Part shown: piece by piece, positions 10,592-25,500 of the stretch
Position numbering within the stretch: position 1 is the first letter of the stretch
How the letters are laid out: each line of letters opens with the position of its first letter
Virus record (IMG/VR): IMGVR_UViG_3300027899_000001
Coordinates: 1-64,000 of that record
Length of the DNA: 64,000 bases
Reading direction: 5' to 3' (one strand)
Notes under the pieces: generated by a model
What the model was told of the DNA's origin: nothing
Databases searched by the model: none
Seen by the model: only the letters and a program-made list of their open reading frames with translations
Translations under genes and position numbers: made by a program

Positions 10592-13500
10592 ATGAAATCT
10601 ATAAAAAGATTAATTTTAACAATAATTTTAACCTTTGTATTAGGAGTACAATTACTTATGGCAATATTAACAGTAACAGGACAAACAATTATTAATTCCG
10701 ATACAACATGGAACGGATATTATGTTGATCGTTATGAACCTATGACTTTCACGTTTAGTAATAATTCTATAACATCTCAAAATTATTCTAATTACATGCT
10801 TCAGGCGGGAGATGAAGATATTCAACCAACTAATAATAATCTTGCGGGAGAAGTAATAACTGGTAATAGGTTAACATGGAACGGAACCGATATGACAAGT
10901 ATTTGTCATGGAGTATTTACAGGATGTAATATCAACGTTGTAATTAAATATAATTATCTTGAAAAAGTTCCTATGGGTCTTATACGCAAATCAGCAAGTA
11001 ATATGGTTAATACTTCTGGCGGCGTTGCATATAATATACTTAATAAAACATTCATAGGAACAGTAGTTAAAGGCATATCTAATGTTAATATCTATAATAA
11101 TACTTATTATTCAGATCGTACTTTTGCTAATACTCAATACGGAAGAGCATTAATAGATGTTTATACAAATACAGATCTTGTTCCTAATTCTGTAGCACAT
11201 AATACTAAGATTAAGAATAATATATTTTATACTAAATATCAAATAAATAATATACGTGTACTTGATAATGAAAGTTTAATTGGATTTGAATCTGATTATA
11301 ATTTATTTTATTGTGAATCAGGAACTCCTATGTTTGAAATATCAGGAACACAAATAACTTTTGCACAGTGGCAGGCATTAGGATATGATACTCATTCTGT
11401 AGTAGTTAATCCCAATTTTATAGACTTTGTTAATTTTGTTCCAACTACTAGACTAAATTATGGAACTAATTTAGGTTCTACTTGGCAAACTGGCTTATCT
11501 ACTTCAGCTGTTTGGATAGTTGGTTCTACTCCTACTACAAGTGATCAAAATGGTACTTGGCAGGTTGGTGCAAGAGTTTATGCTTCTTCAGCAACTGCAC
11601 CTACAGTAACAACTACTGCTGTCACATCTATAACTAGTACTACTGCTATTAGTGGTGGAAATGTGACTAGTGATGGTGGATCTGCAGTGACTGCCCGTGG
11701 CGTTTGTTGGAACACAAGCACTAATCCCACTATTGCTAATTCAAAAACTAGTAACGGAACTGGAACAGGATCTTATAGCAGTTCATTGACAGGATTATCA
11801 AATGGCGTAACGTATTACGTAAGAGCTTATGCTACTAATTCAGTGGGAACTGCATATGGTAGTAATGTATCATTTGTAGCTGAAAATGCTGTGGCTGGAA
11901 CTTATTATGTATCAACTACTGGTAACGATGCAAATTCAGGCACAATAAGTCAACCCTTTTTTACATTAAATAAAGCATGGACAGTAATTGGCCCAGGCGA
12001 TATTGTTTATGTGAGAGGTGGAACTTACCAATATTTAACATCGCAAGAATGTGTTGGTAAAAATGGAACTGCAGGAAATCTTATAAAAATTTGGGCTTAT
12101 CCGGGAGAGACACCTGTAATAACAAAAGCAGTGGGGTGGACGTATACTCATAGAGCAGGCATTTATTTTGTAGGTAGTTATTTCCATTGGAAAGGAATTG
12201 AAGTTAGTGGATTTACACAGATAGACGATAATGAATACGCAGGTTTTAATGTAGATGATGGTACAAATCATAACATATTTGAACTTCTTAATATTCACCA
12301 TAATGGTGGAAGTAATAGATTGATAAATCAAGACTGTGATGATAATTTGGTGTTAAATTGTGACTTTCATCATAATTACGATCCTCTTACTACTGTTCCT
12401 AGCGCTTATGGAAATGCAGATGGTATGGCAGCAAATCCTAGAGCTGGAACTACTAACACTATAAGAGGTTGTAGATTTTGGTCTAATTGCGATGATGGAT
12501 TGGATTTATATGGAGCGAACGGATTAGTGATTGTTGACAAATGCTGGGCGTGGAGTAACGGTTACAGAGAAGACGGTGTTACAAAAGGAGGTGATGGTAA
12601 CGGTATTAAATTAGGAGGCACCACCGGAGATTATTCTACAACTCATTTACGAACCGTCACCAATTCTTTAGCTTTTCATAATAGAAATGCTGGATTTACA
12701 CAGAACGTAGCGCGATGCATATCTCACATTTATAACAATACAGCCTATCACAATGCTGATGGTGCTGATGTATATAATTTAGGATTTGAATTTGAAGAAA
12801 CTTCTATCGTACATATTTTAAGAAATAATGTAGCTCATGCGAACCAACATCCTACAAATTTACAAGCAAATTACGGTAACTGTATTACATCAAATAATAC
12901 ATGGAATGGTCTTGTTACAGTCACTGATGCTGATTTTACAACTATTAGCTCTACAGGAGTTGATGGAAGCAGACAGTCAGATGGAAATTTACCAGCACTG
13001 TCATTCTTGCATTTGATAACAGGATCTGATTTAATTGCAGCAGGTACAAATGTAGGATTAATAACAGATGGAGATGGTGTTGCTTGGAATAATCCACCAT
13101 CAATGGGTGCATATGAGTATGTAAGTGGAAGTGTAGTAATACCTACAGTAACAACTACTGCTGTCACATCTATAACTAGTACTACTGCTATTAGTGGTGG
13201 AAATGTGACTAGTGATGGTGGATCTGCAGTGACTGCCCGTGGCGTTTGTTGGAACACAAGCACTAATCCCACTATTGCTAATTCAAAAACTAGTAACGGA
13301 ACTGGAACAGGTTCATATGTTAGTTCATTGACAGGGTTGTCTAATGGTGTGACGTACTATGTCAGAGCTTATGCTACTAATTCAGTGGGAACTACATATG
13401 GTAGTAATGTATCATTTGTAGCTGCAAATTCTGCTCCAGGAACTTATTATGTTAAAAACGGTGGTAATAATAATTTAGATGGATTATCAGATGCTACAGC

Positions 13501-16500
13501 ATGGGAAACAATAGATAAAGTTAATTCAACTATTACAGGAGGAAATACTGTTTTATTTAAGCGTGGTAGCACATGGCGTAATCAACAAATAAGACCTGTT
13601 GCTGGTTCAGCAGGAGCTTACACGACTTATGGAGCATATGGAACTGGAGCAAAACCAAAAATTTTAGGTTCTTTAACTGCAAATTCAGGATGGACTAATG
13701 TTAGTGGTAATATATGGCAAACTACCGGATGGACAAAAGATGTGGGAAATATCATTTTTAACAATGAACAAAGCTGTGGTCGTAAATTCATGACTGCTAC
13801 ACCTACACTTACTACTCAGGGGGATTTTTGGTACGATTACGTGAATGACAGAGTACGAATGTATTCTGTAGGAAATCCTGCATCTTATTATACTAATATT
13901 GAATTTGCTTTAAGTCAAGATGCTGTTGTTACAAGTTATAATGCTCCATATATAATCATTGAAGATTTAGACTTCCGTTACTGGGGAAATTGTGTTATAC
14001 AGAATGCTCGTAATTATAGTATTTATCGTAGATTAGATATAAGTTACATAGGTGGTGGAGATGCAGGAGAAACGCAAGGCGCTGCCTGGTATGATACACG
14101 ATGGGGTAATGGAATTCAGATGTGGGAAGGCGACGGATCTTATATTACAGTAGAAAGTTGTAAAATTGATCAAGTTTATGATGCTGGTATTTCACCTCAA
14201 GGCCAAGCGGGTTCTTGGACTATGCATGATATTTTTATAAGAAATAACATTGTAACTAATTGCGAGTATAATTTTGAATTTTGGTTAAGGGCTGGAGCCA
14301 CAGCTTACAATATCTATGTTGAACATAATGTATTTGCTTATGCTGGATATGGGTTTGCACATAATCAACGTCCAGATGCAATTCAAGGGCATAATTTGCA
14401 GATGGGAGGCATGCAAGCTACCAGAAATAATATTTATTTACGTAATAATATTTTTTATATGTCTTTGAATTATAATTATAGTGCATGGTGGTATAATCCT
14501 GGGCCAGGAACAACTCCTCCGGGTCCAAGTACTTATGATGATCTATATAATATCACATTTGATTATAATTTATATTACACTCCGGGCGTATATATAGGTT
14601 TTTTTGATGCACTTCCTACTATATTTAATACATTTGCACAATGGCAAGCAGCTTTTCAAGTAGATGAATCACACGGAAAGGGTGTTGATCCATTATTCGT
14701 TGATCCAGCAAATGGAGATTTTCATTTACAACCGGGTTCTCCTGCCATTGCAGCCGGATTAGCAGTAGCAGGAGTAACAACAGATTTTGATGGAGTTTCT
14801 TATGCAAGTACTCCATCAATGGGAGCGTTGGAATATGTTAGTCCTACTAATAATACTTATTATGTAAAAAATGGAGGAAATGATAATTTAAATGGATTAT
14901 CTGATTCTACAGCATGGGAAACTATATCTAAAGTAAATTCATTTATTAAAGGTGGTGATAAGGTTTTATTCAAACGCGATAGTGTTTGGCGTAATGAAGC
15001 TATATCTGTTGTTAATGGTTCAGCTGGAGCTTATACCACTTATGGAGCATATGGAACTGGGGCAAAACCTCGTATATTAGGCTCTGTTCAATTAAACTCT
15101 GGATGGACAAATGTAAGTGGTAATATATGGCAAAATAGTAATGCTGCTGTGTTAGCTAAACAAGTAGGAAATCTTATTTTTAATAATGAACAAAGTGTAG
15201 GTGTAAAAGTTGCCTCTGAAGCATTATTAAACGCACAGGGCAGATTTTATTGGAATTTTAGTACAGGTGTATTAAGAATGTACTCTGTAGGCAATCCTGC
15301 TCTTTATTACTCTAACATTGAAGCAGCTTTACAACAACAGACGGCTGATGTGTACGGACATTCATATATTAAGTTTGAAAATCTTGATTTTAGATATAGC
15401 GGTGAAGGGACTATTTTTGGGGATAGTAATTATATACAAGTGTATGATTGCAATATAAGCTATAACGGAGGAGCTTATACAGATGTAGGAGGGGGCACAA
15501 GAATAGGAGGAGGAATTGGTACATGGGATAATGCATCATATTGGGAAATATTAAGATGTAGGATTAGTAACGAATATGATGCAGGAATAACCATGCAAGG
15601 GACTGGTGTTACATTAATTCATGATATGATAATAAGAAATAATATTATTGAAAAATGTGAATATAATTTTGAATTTTGGGAAAGACCCAATACTGGACAA
15701 ATGTATAATATATGGTTTGAACACAATACGTTAGCATATGCAGGATATGGTTGGTCTCACACTCAACGTCCAGATTCTCAACAAGGGCATAGCATATATA
15801 TGGGAGGAATGTCAGTTCAAAGACATGACATATACATAAGAAATAATATTTTTTATTCAAGTATCAATGATAATATAGCGTTCTCTTATTACAATGATGG
15901 TTCTTATGATGATTTAATAAATATCACCTTTGATTATAATTTATATTACAATCCTGGAGTTAATACTGCTTTTGCAGATGCTCATGATATCATTTTTCTT
16001 ACATTTGCAAATTGGCAAGCAGCTGTAAGTGTAGATGAATCGCATGGAATAGGAACTAATCCTTTATTTGTTAATGCTGCTGGAGGTGATTATCATCTAA
16101 GTATAGGTTCGCCCGCTATTGCAGCTGGATTAGCAGTAACAGGAGTAACTACTGATTTTGATGGAGTTTCTTACAACTCTTCACCTGCAATGGGCGCATA
16201 TGAATATGTTCCAGGATCTTCTAACATATATTACATAGATCCAACTGGCGCAGATTCTGCAGGAAGAAATGGATCAAATGTAGCAGGACAACAATGGCTT
16301 ACACTTGCATATGCTATAAGTCGTGTTACTACAGGCGATACTATTCATGTTAATCCGGGAACATATAATATAAGTTCGCAAATTACTGTTCCTATTGGAA
16401 TAAGTATAGAAGGAGATGGAATTACTTCAATTTTACGTTCTACATATACAAGTGGTCCTACATTAAATTTAGCTAATTCAGTATTGGGAAGTGGAAATCA

Positions 16501-19500
16501 ATATATAGCTAATATTAAAATGGATGGTGTTTCTACTACCGCGCATACTGCTGTAAATGTATATAGAAGATCAAATGTATCAATATATAATTGTACATTT
16601 GTAGATTTTTTACAATGGGGTGTAAGATATAGAGGGCAAGATGCTGGTGAAGTAGAACCTACTTTGTGGGCAACTGGTAATTCATTTCATGATAATTCTG
16701 TTAATAATTGCTCTATGTATTATTATCCAGGTGGAGATGCTGATGTTGATAAACGAAACGGAAATGGACAAGGTCTTTTAGAAATAAGTGAACAACAAGG
16801 AATGAGAGTATATAATAATACTCTTATACAAACAGGTAGAACTACTTGGCATAATGGATACTGTATAAAAGGCATAATGGGTTATAATAAAGATATTAAG
16901 ATTTATAATAATATCATGACTAAAGCTGCATATACAGAAGCATATGGAATAACATGGGATTTTGTTTTAGAATTTTGGGAAAGTCGAGGAGGAATAGAAG
17001 TTTATGGAAATACTATTACTGGTGGATCTCTTGATTTTTCAGGAAGTGGAACTGAAAATGATACTACAACTCAAAAAGGAATATATGATTATGCTGTATG
17101 GATTCATGATAATTCTATAATGAATACTACTTTAAGCGCATACTCTAATACTCATGGAATATTAATAGAACAAAGCGCAACAGATGTAATTATTGAAAGA
17201 AACTGGATAGAAAATGTATGGGCTGGAATTTATTTTCCACTTACACCAAAAAGTAATCCTATGTATGGAACTATATTTAATAACATAACTGTAAGATATA
17301 ATGTAATAAAAAATGTAGGAACATCTGGAAATAATTTACAAGGGTTTGGAATTCATGGGCCTTATGCTGTTACAAATATGACAGGCAATAACATTCAATA
17401 TTATAATAATACTATAATTGGAAGAAGTGGTTCTAATTCATGGGGTATTCAAATTCCTGTATTAGGAACTTTAACAAATGTGTATGTAAGAAATAATATT
17501 GTACAAGGATTCTCAGGTGCTGGAAGTGCTGGTATATATTGCTATAACTATGGTACAGTTAACTATGCTTGGGTGCAATATAATAATTTGTATCAATGCG
17601 CAAATAGTAATGCACCATTATATGGTTTAAGTATATCTAATCTTACATCAGAAAGTGCGTATGCTGGTACAGTTCCTCCATTCGTATCTACTACAGATTA
17701 TCATTTAACTACAAGTAAAGATGGAATATATATAACTTCAGGCTTGACAGATAAAGATGGCGTTACGCCATCAAATCCTCCAGACATAGGAGCATATGAA
17801 TATGCACTAGTAAATGGTGTTTATTATATAGATCCAACTGGCGCAGATTCTGCAGGAAGAAATGGATCAAATGTAGCAGGACAACAATGGCTTACACTTG
17901 CATATGCTATAAGTCGTGTTACTACAGGCGATACTATTCATGTTAATCCGGGAACATATACAGTAACTACTCAAACAAGTGTACCAATAGGCATAAATAT
18001 TGAAGGAAATGGCATAGGTAGTTCTATTATTAGATCGCATTATATAGCAGGTGATGGAAATCTAAATAACGCATGTTTAGTGTTATCTGGAGGAACAAAT
18101 ACTGATCAACATATTAGTGGACTTACATTAGATGGAGATTCTTTATGGGGAGATAACGCTATAGTTGTATATAATAGAAGTAATGTAAGCATTTATAATT
18201 GTCAAGTAGTTAATTTTTTAACTCAAGGAATTAGATTTGATGGAAGTTCTCCAAGTTTAAGTGTAAATAACAGTCTTTATGGTTGCACAATAACTAATTC
18301 TGGCGGTATAGATACATCTGATAGACGAGCTAATATATTTATAAGAAATAATACAAGCCTACGTATTTATAATAATACTCTTAATCAAACTCTTAGAGTT
18401 TCAAATACAGGGTTAGGAATTAGATTAGAAGATGGAGTTTATGGTTGTAAGATATACAATAATTATTTATATGGAATACAACCTGGCGCTGATTGGTCAT
18501 TTACAATGGAATGTTGGTGTGCTGATACTGTTAATGGTGTAGGTTGGGGATTAGAAATATATGGAAATACTATAACAGGATTAATTGACTTTGGTTCTGG
18601 AGTAAGTAAAGGAACAGGTTCTTATACTTATGCTGTAAGTTTTCATGATAATGTAATGGGAACAGATGTTGCTCATGCTGTTACAGATTATCAACACGGT
18701 TTATTATTTGAATTAAATGGAAGCGATATTATTATTTATAATAACGAATTTAAATTTCTTGATCGTCCTATTTATTTTACATCAGGACAATTTAGTAATA
18801 TAGATATACATTCTAATATAATTAGAAATGTTCCAGCCAGTTATTCTGATGGAGCAGGTATTTTATTTATCGGAAGTGGGTCGCCTACATCAGAACAGAA
18901 TGTATATATACGAAATAATACTATTATTGCTCATACTGGTGGAGTAGGACCGGCACAATATGGCATTTTATTTGATGCAAGAGGTACAGTAAATAATTTT
19001 TACATACAAAATAATATTATTCAAGGATTTTCTTCTGCTCCGTATGAAAGTTATGGAACCACAGGATCTATAGGAACTTTGGTTGTTCAAAAAAATGTTC
19101 TTTATCTTAATGGAAATAGTAATAATATTAAATTAACATTAACACCTACATCTCTTACAAATGATTTAGGGCTTAAATATGATCCAGTGTTTGTAAATGC
19201 AGCTGCATATAATTTTCATATACAATCAACATCGCCTGCATTAAGAGCAGGTTTATATGTAGGATTAGTTTTTGATTATGATGATCAGTTTTGGAATAAT
19301 CCACCTTCTATAGGAGCATATGAATATATGGGTGCTCTTCCTTCATCTATTCCATCAGTTACAACTTCTTCTATTACTAATATTCTTGCAACTACTGCTT
19401 CTGGCGGTGGTACTGTAACACATGACGGAAGTTTAGCATTATCTTCTAGAGGTATATGTTGGAATACTTCAACAAATCCAACTGTGTTAAATTCTTCAAC

Positions 19501-22500
19501 AAATAATGGAGTATCAGAAGGGGTATTTACGAGTTCACTTGTAGGATTAAATCCAAGTACTCATTATTATGTTAGAGCATATGCTGCAAATTCATTAGGA
19601 GTAGGATATGGAGCAAATGTTGAATTTGATACTCTAAAAAATACATCAATTCCAATTGTTACTACTACAGCAATTACTGATATAAGTACTTTTACTGCAA
19701 CTGGAGGCGGAAATGTAACTCATGATGGAAGTTTAGCAGTAACTTCAAAGGGTGTTTGTTGGTCTGTTTTACCAAGTCCTACTATTGATAATACATTTAA
19801 TACTAGTGGTACAGGAGAAGGGTCGTATGTTAGTTATTTAACTGGATTAAATGCATCAACACATTATTATGTAAGAGCATACGCTATTAACGCAGAAGGA
19901 GTTGGATATGGATATGATGTTTCATTTAATACATTAGGTTCAGGAATTTCTTTAGTTAATGGACTTATGGGATATTGGAAATTAAATGAAACAACAGGAA
20001 GCGCGTTAGATTCTGTAGGAAGCATAAATGGTGCCGTTTTTGGTGCTACACAAGGAGTTCCTGGTAAAATAAGTACTGCATATCGTTTTAATGCAGCAAC
20101 AAATAGTTATATTGATTTAGGAATTTCTTGTAAACCTACAACTGCAATATCTTTTGCCGTATGGCTTAATCCAAGCACATTTAACGATATTTATTCAGGA
20201 GTAATAAATAATACTACTTGGGTTAATCCGACAGAACAATATGGCTATAATGTATTTCTTGATAGTAGTAAAATGTTATTTGAATTATTTAATGGCGATG
20301 TTCAAAATTCATTATGGAGCAATGCTACAATAACACCAAATACTTGGCATTTTATTGTTGGAACATGGGATGGCGCAAAAATGAAACTTTATATTAATAA
20401 TGTACTTGATGCAAGCCAAGCTAGAACAACTACTATAGGATACGATCTAGCATCTGTTTTAAGATTTGGTTCTCATTCTGCACCATATGATTATACAGGT
20501 GTTATTGATGAAATAGGAATTTGGAATAGAGCTTTGACTATTTCTGAAGTATCTACATTATATAATAGTAGTAACGGATTAACTTATCCATTCGATGCTT
20601 CAACCAATATTAGTATTCCTACTGTTACAACTTCTTCAGTTACAAATATATTTACAACTAGTGCATCTTGTGGTGGTAATGTAACTCATGATGGAAGCAC
20701 TGCAGTAACAGCTAAAGGTGTATGTTGGAATACATCAATAAATCCAACTGTATTAAATTCTTCAACAAATAATGGAACAGGAACAGGAGTATTTACAAGC
20801 GCAATAACAGGATTAAATCCGAGCACACATTATTATGTTAGAGCTTATGCAACTAACGCAGTTGGAACTGCTTATGGTTCTAATGTTCAATTTGATACAT
20901 CTACATCTCCTATAGTAACCTCAATTCCTACCGTTACAACTTCTTCAGTTACAAATATATTTACAACTAGTGCATCTTGTGGTGGTAATGTAACTCATGA
21001 TGGAAGCACAGCAGTAATAGCTAAAGGTGTATGTTGGAGTATTTTATCAAATCCAACTATTAGTAGTGCATTAACTAATGATGGCACCGGTGAGGGATCA
21101 TTTACAAGCGCAATAACAGGATTAAATCCGAGCACACATTATTATGTTAGAGCTTATGCAACTAATGCAGTAGGAACGGGATATGGAAATCAAATTACAT
21201 TTGATAGTAGTATTCCAGTTTCAGTTATTTCAACTTATTACATAAATGCTATAAATGGAAATGATGCTAGTGCAGGAACTACACAAAATACAGCCTGGAA
21301 AACAGTTGCAAAAGTTAATGCATATACATTTATTCCAGGAGATACTGTTTTATTTAGAAGAGGTGATACATGGAATGAAAGATTGGTTGTAGCACAAAGT
21401 GGTATAAGTGGATATCCTATAACATATTCTAATTATGGTGTTGGCGCTAATCCTATATTTAATGCACAAAATATTCGTCCTAATGGAATTAGAATTGAGG
21501 GCGTATCTTATATAATCATTGATGGTATTGATACCATAAATAGTACTGAAGAAGGAATTGTAGTATTTGACTGGAATGAAATAGGATCATCTAATGTAAC
21601 AATTAAAAACCTTACATCTTTTAATAATGTAAAGGCTGGAATTTATATGTCTATACCTTATGGAACAATAATGGATTGTTCTACAATAAATAATGGTCTT
21701 ACTACACAACATCATGGTATATATATGGGAAGATCTTCTATCTTAAATAATATATATGCTGATAATTGGTTAATAGAAAGATGCCATTCATATGGCAATA
21801 CCGGTGCAGGATATCAAATTTATAATAGTGGATCCGGCACACTAAGATATTCTGTAACAAATAATAATGGGGGCACATCTGGTGGATGGGGTGCAGTAAT
21901 TGATACATTAGCTCCTAATAAAAATGTAAATGTTTATTATAATGTTTTATATAACAATGATTATTGGGGATTAGAAGTAGCTAATCTTAATAGTGGTGAT
22001 GCTGTAAACATTTATAATAATGTTATGTATAATAATGGACAAGCAGATTATGGCGCAGGTTTACATGTAGCTAACAATGATAATGTAACTGATGGCTCAA
22101 TTAAAATAAAAAATAATTTAATTTTTTCAAATGTATATTATGATTTTCAACAATCACAAAGTATATCAAAATATACAGTATCTAATAATGATTATTGGAA
22201 ATCCTTTGGAAATATAATTGTATGGAATTCAATTACATATCCACAAACTCAATTTGCATCATATCAAGTTGCATCTGGCGATATATTATCAATATCAAAA
22301 GATCCTTCAGTTGTAAATGCTGCAGCTTATAATTTTAATTTAACTTCTTCATCTTCATGTAAAAATGCAGGAGTAAATGTAGGATTAACTACAGATTTTA
22401 TTGGAACTGGAATAATAAATTTCCCAGATATTGGTGCTTATGAATTTATAGAACTTAATATTTCAACCCCTACTGTTACTACATCTTTAATAACAAATAT

Positions 22501-25500
22501 TGCAATTACTAGTGCATCTTGTGGTGGTAATGTATCTCATGATGGAAGTACAGCAGTTACAGCTAAAGGTATTTGTTGGAATACTTTTTCAAATCCTACA
22601 ATATACGATTCTTCTACAACAAATGATGGAATAGGAGAAGGAATATTTTATAGCGCGCTAACTAACTTAAATCCAAGTACTCATTATTATGTTAGAGCTT
22701 ATGCAACAAATGAAATGGGAACAGCATATGGAAACGAAGTAACTCTTGATACAAGTAAAAATTCATATTATGTAAATATTGTTAATGGAAATGACTTAAA
22801 TAGTGGAACTACAGAAAATACTGCGTGGAAAACTATAACAAGAGTTAACACAGCATTAACAACTCTTCCTGCTGGTTATGCTATACGTTTTAGAAAAGGA
22901 GATACATGGTATGGAACAATAAATATTGGAAAATCCGGAGCTGCTAATTTTCCAATTACTATAGGTTCTTATGGAACTGGCGCTAATCCAGTAATAACTG
23001 GATTTACTACAGCATCCTCATGGACAAATGCAGGAAATGGTATATATTATACGTCTTTAACTGCGGAATCTTCAACGTTAATGGTATCATTAGATGGTTA
23101 TCAAGCACAAATGGGTAAATGGCCTGCAATAGGTTGGAATCATATAGAAAGTACAAATGGAACAAGTACAATAACTGACACAGCTATAACAAGTACTTAT
23201 AACTGGATAGGTGCACAAGTAGTTATAAGAAAAAATCGTTGGGTTATTGATAAATGTATAATAACTAATCAAAGTGGAAATACAATAACATACAATGATC
23301 CAGATGCGGGATCTTATCAAGCAGTAGCAGGATGGGGATATTTTATACAAGCAGATTTAAGTACATTAGTATCTTATGGAAATTGGTATCATGATCATAG
23401 TGCAAATAGATTTTATATGTATTTTGGCGCTGAACTTCCCGCAAATCATGTTGTAAAAATAAGTTCTTTAGATAGATGTATTTATAATAGTAATTATGAT
23501 CATATAACAATTGATGGTCTTACGCTTGAAGGTGCTAACATAGATGGCTACTATGGATATAATAGTGCATCAAATCATATTATTCAAAATTGTAATATTG
23601 GTTTTTCTGGTCGTCATGGAATATATTTACAATATCCATCAAATTGTATTGTACAAAATTGTAGTATTTATAGTTCAAATGATCATGCCGTTTATTCAAC
23701 TTCTCAAGTTGGTGTAAGTGGACCGTTTACTATTAGTAGAAATACTATCACAAATACTTTTATATTTCCTGGAACTACAGATAGCGGTGATAATCATGGA
23801 AATGCATTATATTCTTGTGCAGATAATACATTAATTCAAAATAATAGAATTCTTAATACAGGACATCTTCCAATTAATTGGGGAGGAACTAATTCAATAA
23901 TAAGAAATAATATTATAGATACATTTTGTTTTACAACTGATAATGGTGCGGGTATTTATACTTATGGTGATAGAAATACTGGAAAACAAGTTATTGGTAA
24001 TATAGTATTAAATGCTATTAGTGCTACAGACGGTACCGATATAAATGATCCTTTATATCCTAATACTCATTTTTCTCATGGCTTATATACTGATGGATTT
24101 AGTGCACATGTTTCATTTATAGGAAATACTGTTGGCAATGTAAATGCATTTGGTATTCGTATGAGTGCTAGTACTAATATTGTACTTAAAGATAATACAT
24201 TTTATCAATCTTATGGATTTGTTTCAGTTTTAAGATCTGATACTCTTATAAGAGATATAAGTGTGTATAATAATGTATTTATATCTAATAATTTAGATGA
24301 ACATTCTCCAGAAGGTATTAAATATGAATCTTATTTTACTCCTATTTCTAGTTCAACTGCAACATCTGAAATTCAAGGATGGGGCTATTGGAATAATAAT
24401 TATTATTATACAAATACTGAAACTGCAATGGTAGTATATGGTACAGATACTGGTCAATGTGCTCCAAAAAGTTTAGAAAAATGGAAAACAAAATATAATC
24501 ATGACACAACTTCTGTATTTTATCCTAAGTTTTCAAGCTATACAATAAATTCATCAGGAACGAACATGTTATCTAATTCTAGATTTGATTCAGATATTAA
24601 TAACTGGACAGGAACATCATTAGCTTCAATATCTTGGGTATCTAATTCTAGTCTTGATGGTGGTGCATTGAAACTTAGAACAAATAAAAAAGATTATAAT
24701 TGGAATTGGTGGGATTCTGATGATTATTTCTATTCATCAATTGGCGCAGTGGAAAGTAATAAAACATATATAATTAAGCTTTTAGGAAAATCTGAATTAG
24801 CAAATAAAACTATTTCTGTTCGTATGTATCAAACAAGTACGGGAAATTCTATTCAACAATTTTTTACTTTACCAAGCACAAGTGTCAATAAAGAGATATT
24901 ATTCAAATATCCTCAAACAGATCCTGCTGCTTCATTACGTTTTGCTGGTGGAGACGGTGATGCATCAGTATATTTTGATAATATTTATTGCTATGAAGCA
25001 AGTGTAAATCTTATAGACGTTGCTGCTACTAATTTTCATTTTATTTATAATACATCAGAAAATATAAATAAGACATATAGTTTAAGCGCTCCAATGAATG
25101 ACATAAAAGGTAATTATTATGCTGCTGGAATGTTAGATTTATCTACATGGAATTCATTAGTTCTTTTTGGAACAGGTACTGTTACTGAAGGAAGCACTGC
25201 AATTACATATGTTCCTACTGTTACTACATCTCCAGTTACAAATATATTTTTAACTAGTGCTTCTACTGGAGGTAATGTAACTAATGGTGGCGGATTAACT
25301 GTTACATCAAGAGGCGTATGTTGGAATACATCTATAAATCCAACTATATTAAATTCTTCAACAAATAATGGAACAGGAACCGGAGTATTTACAAGTGCAT
25401 TAAGTAACTTAAATCCAAGTACTCATTATTATGTTAGAGCTTATGCTGAAAATTCACAAGGTATAGGATATGGTTCTAATGTTCAATTTGATACGTCACC

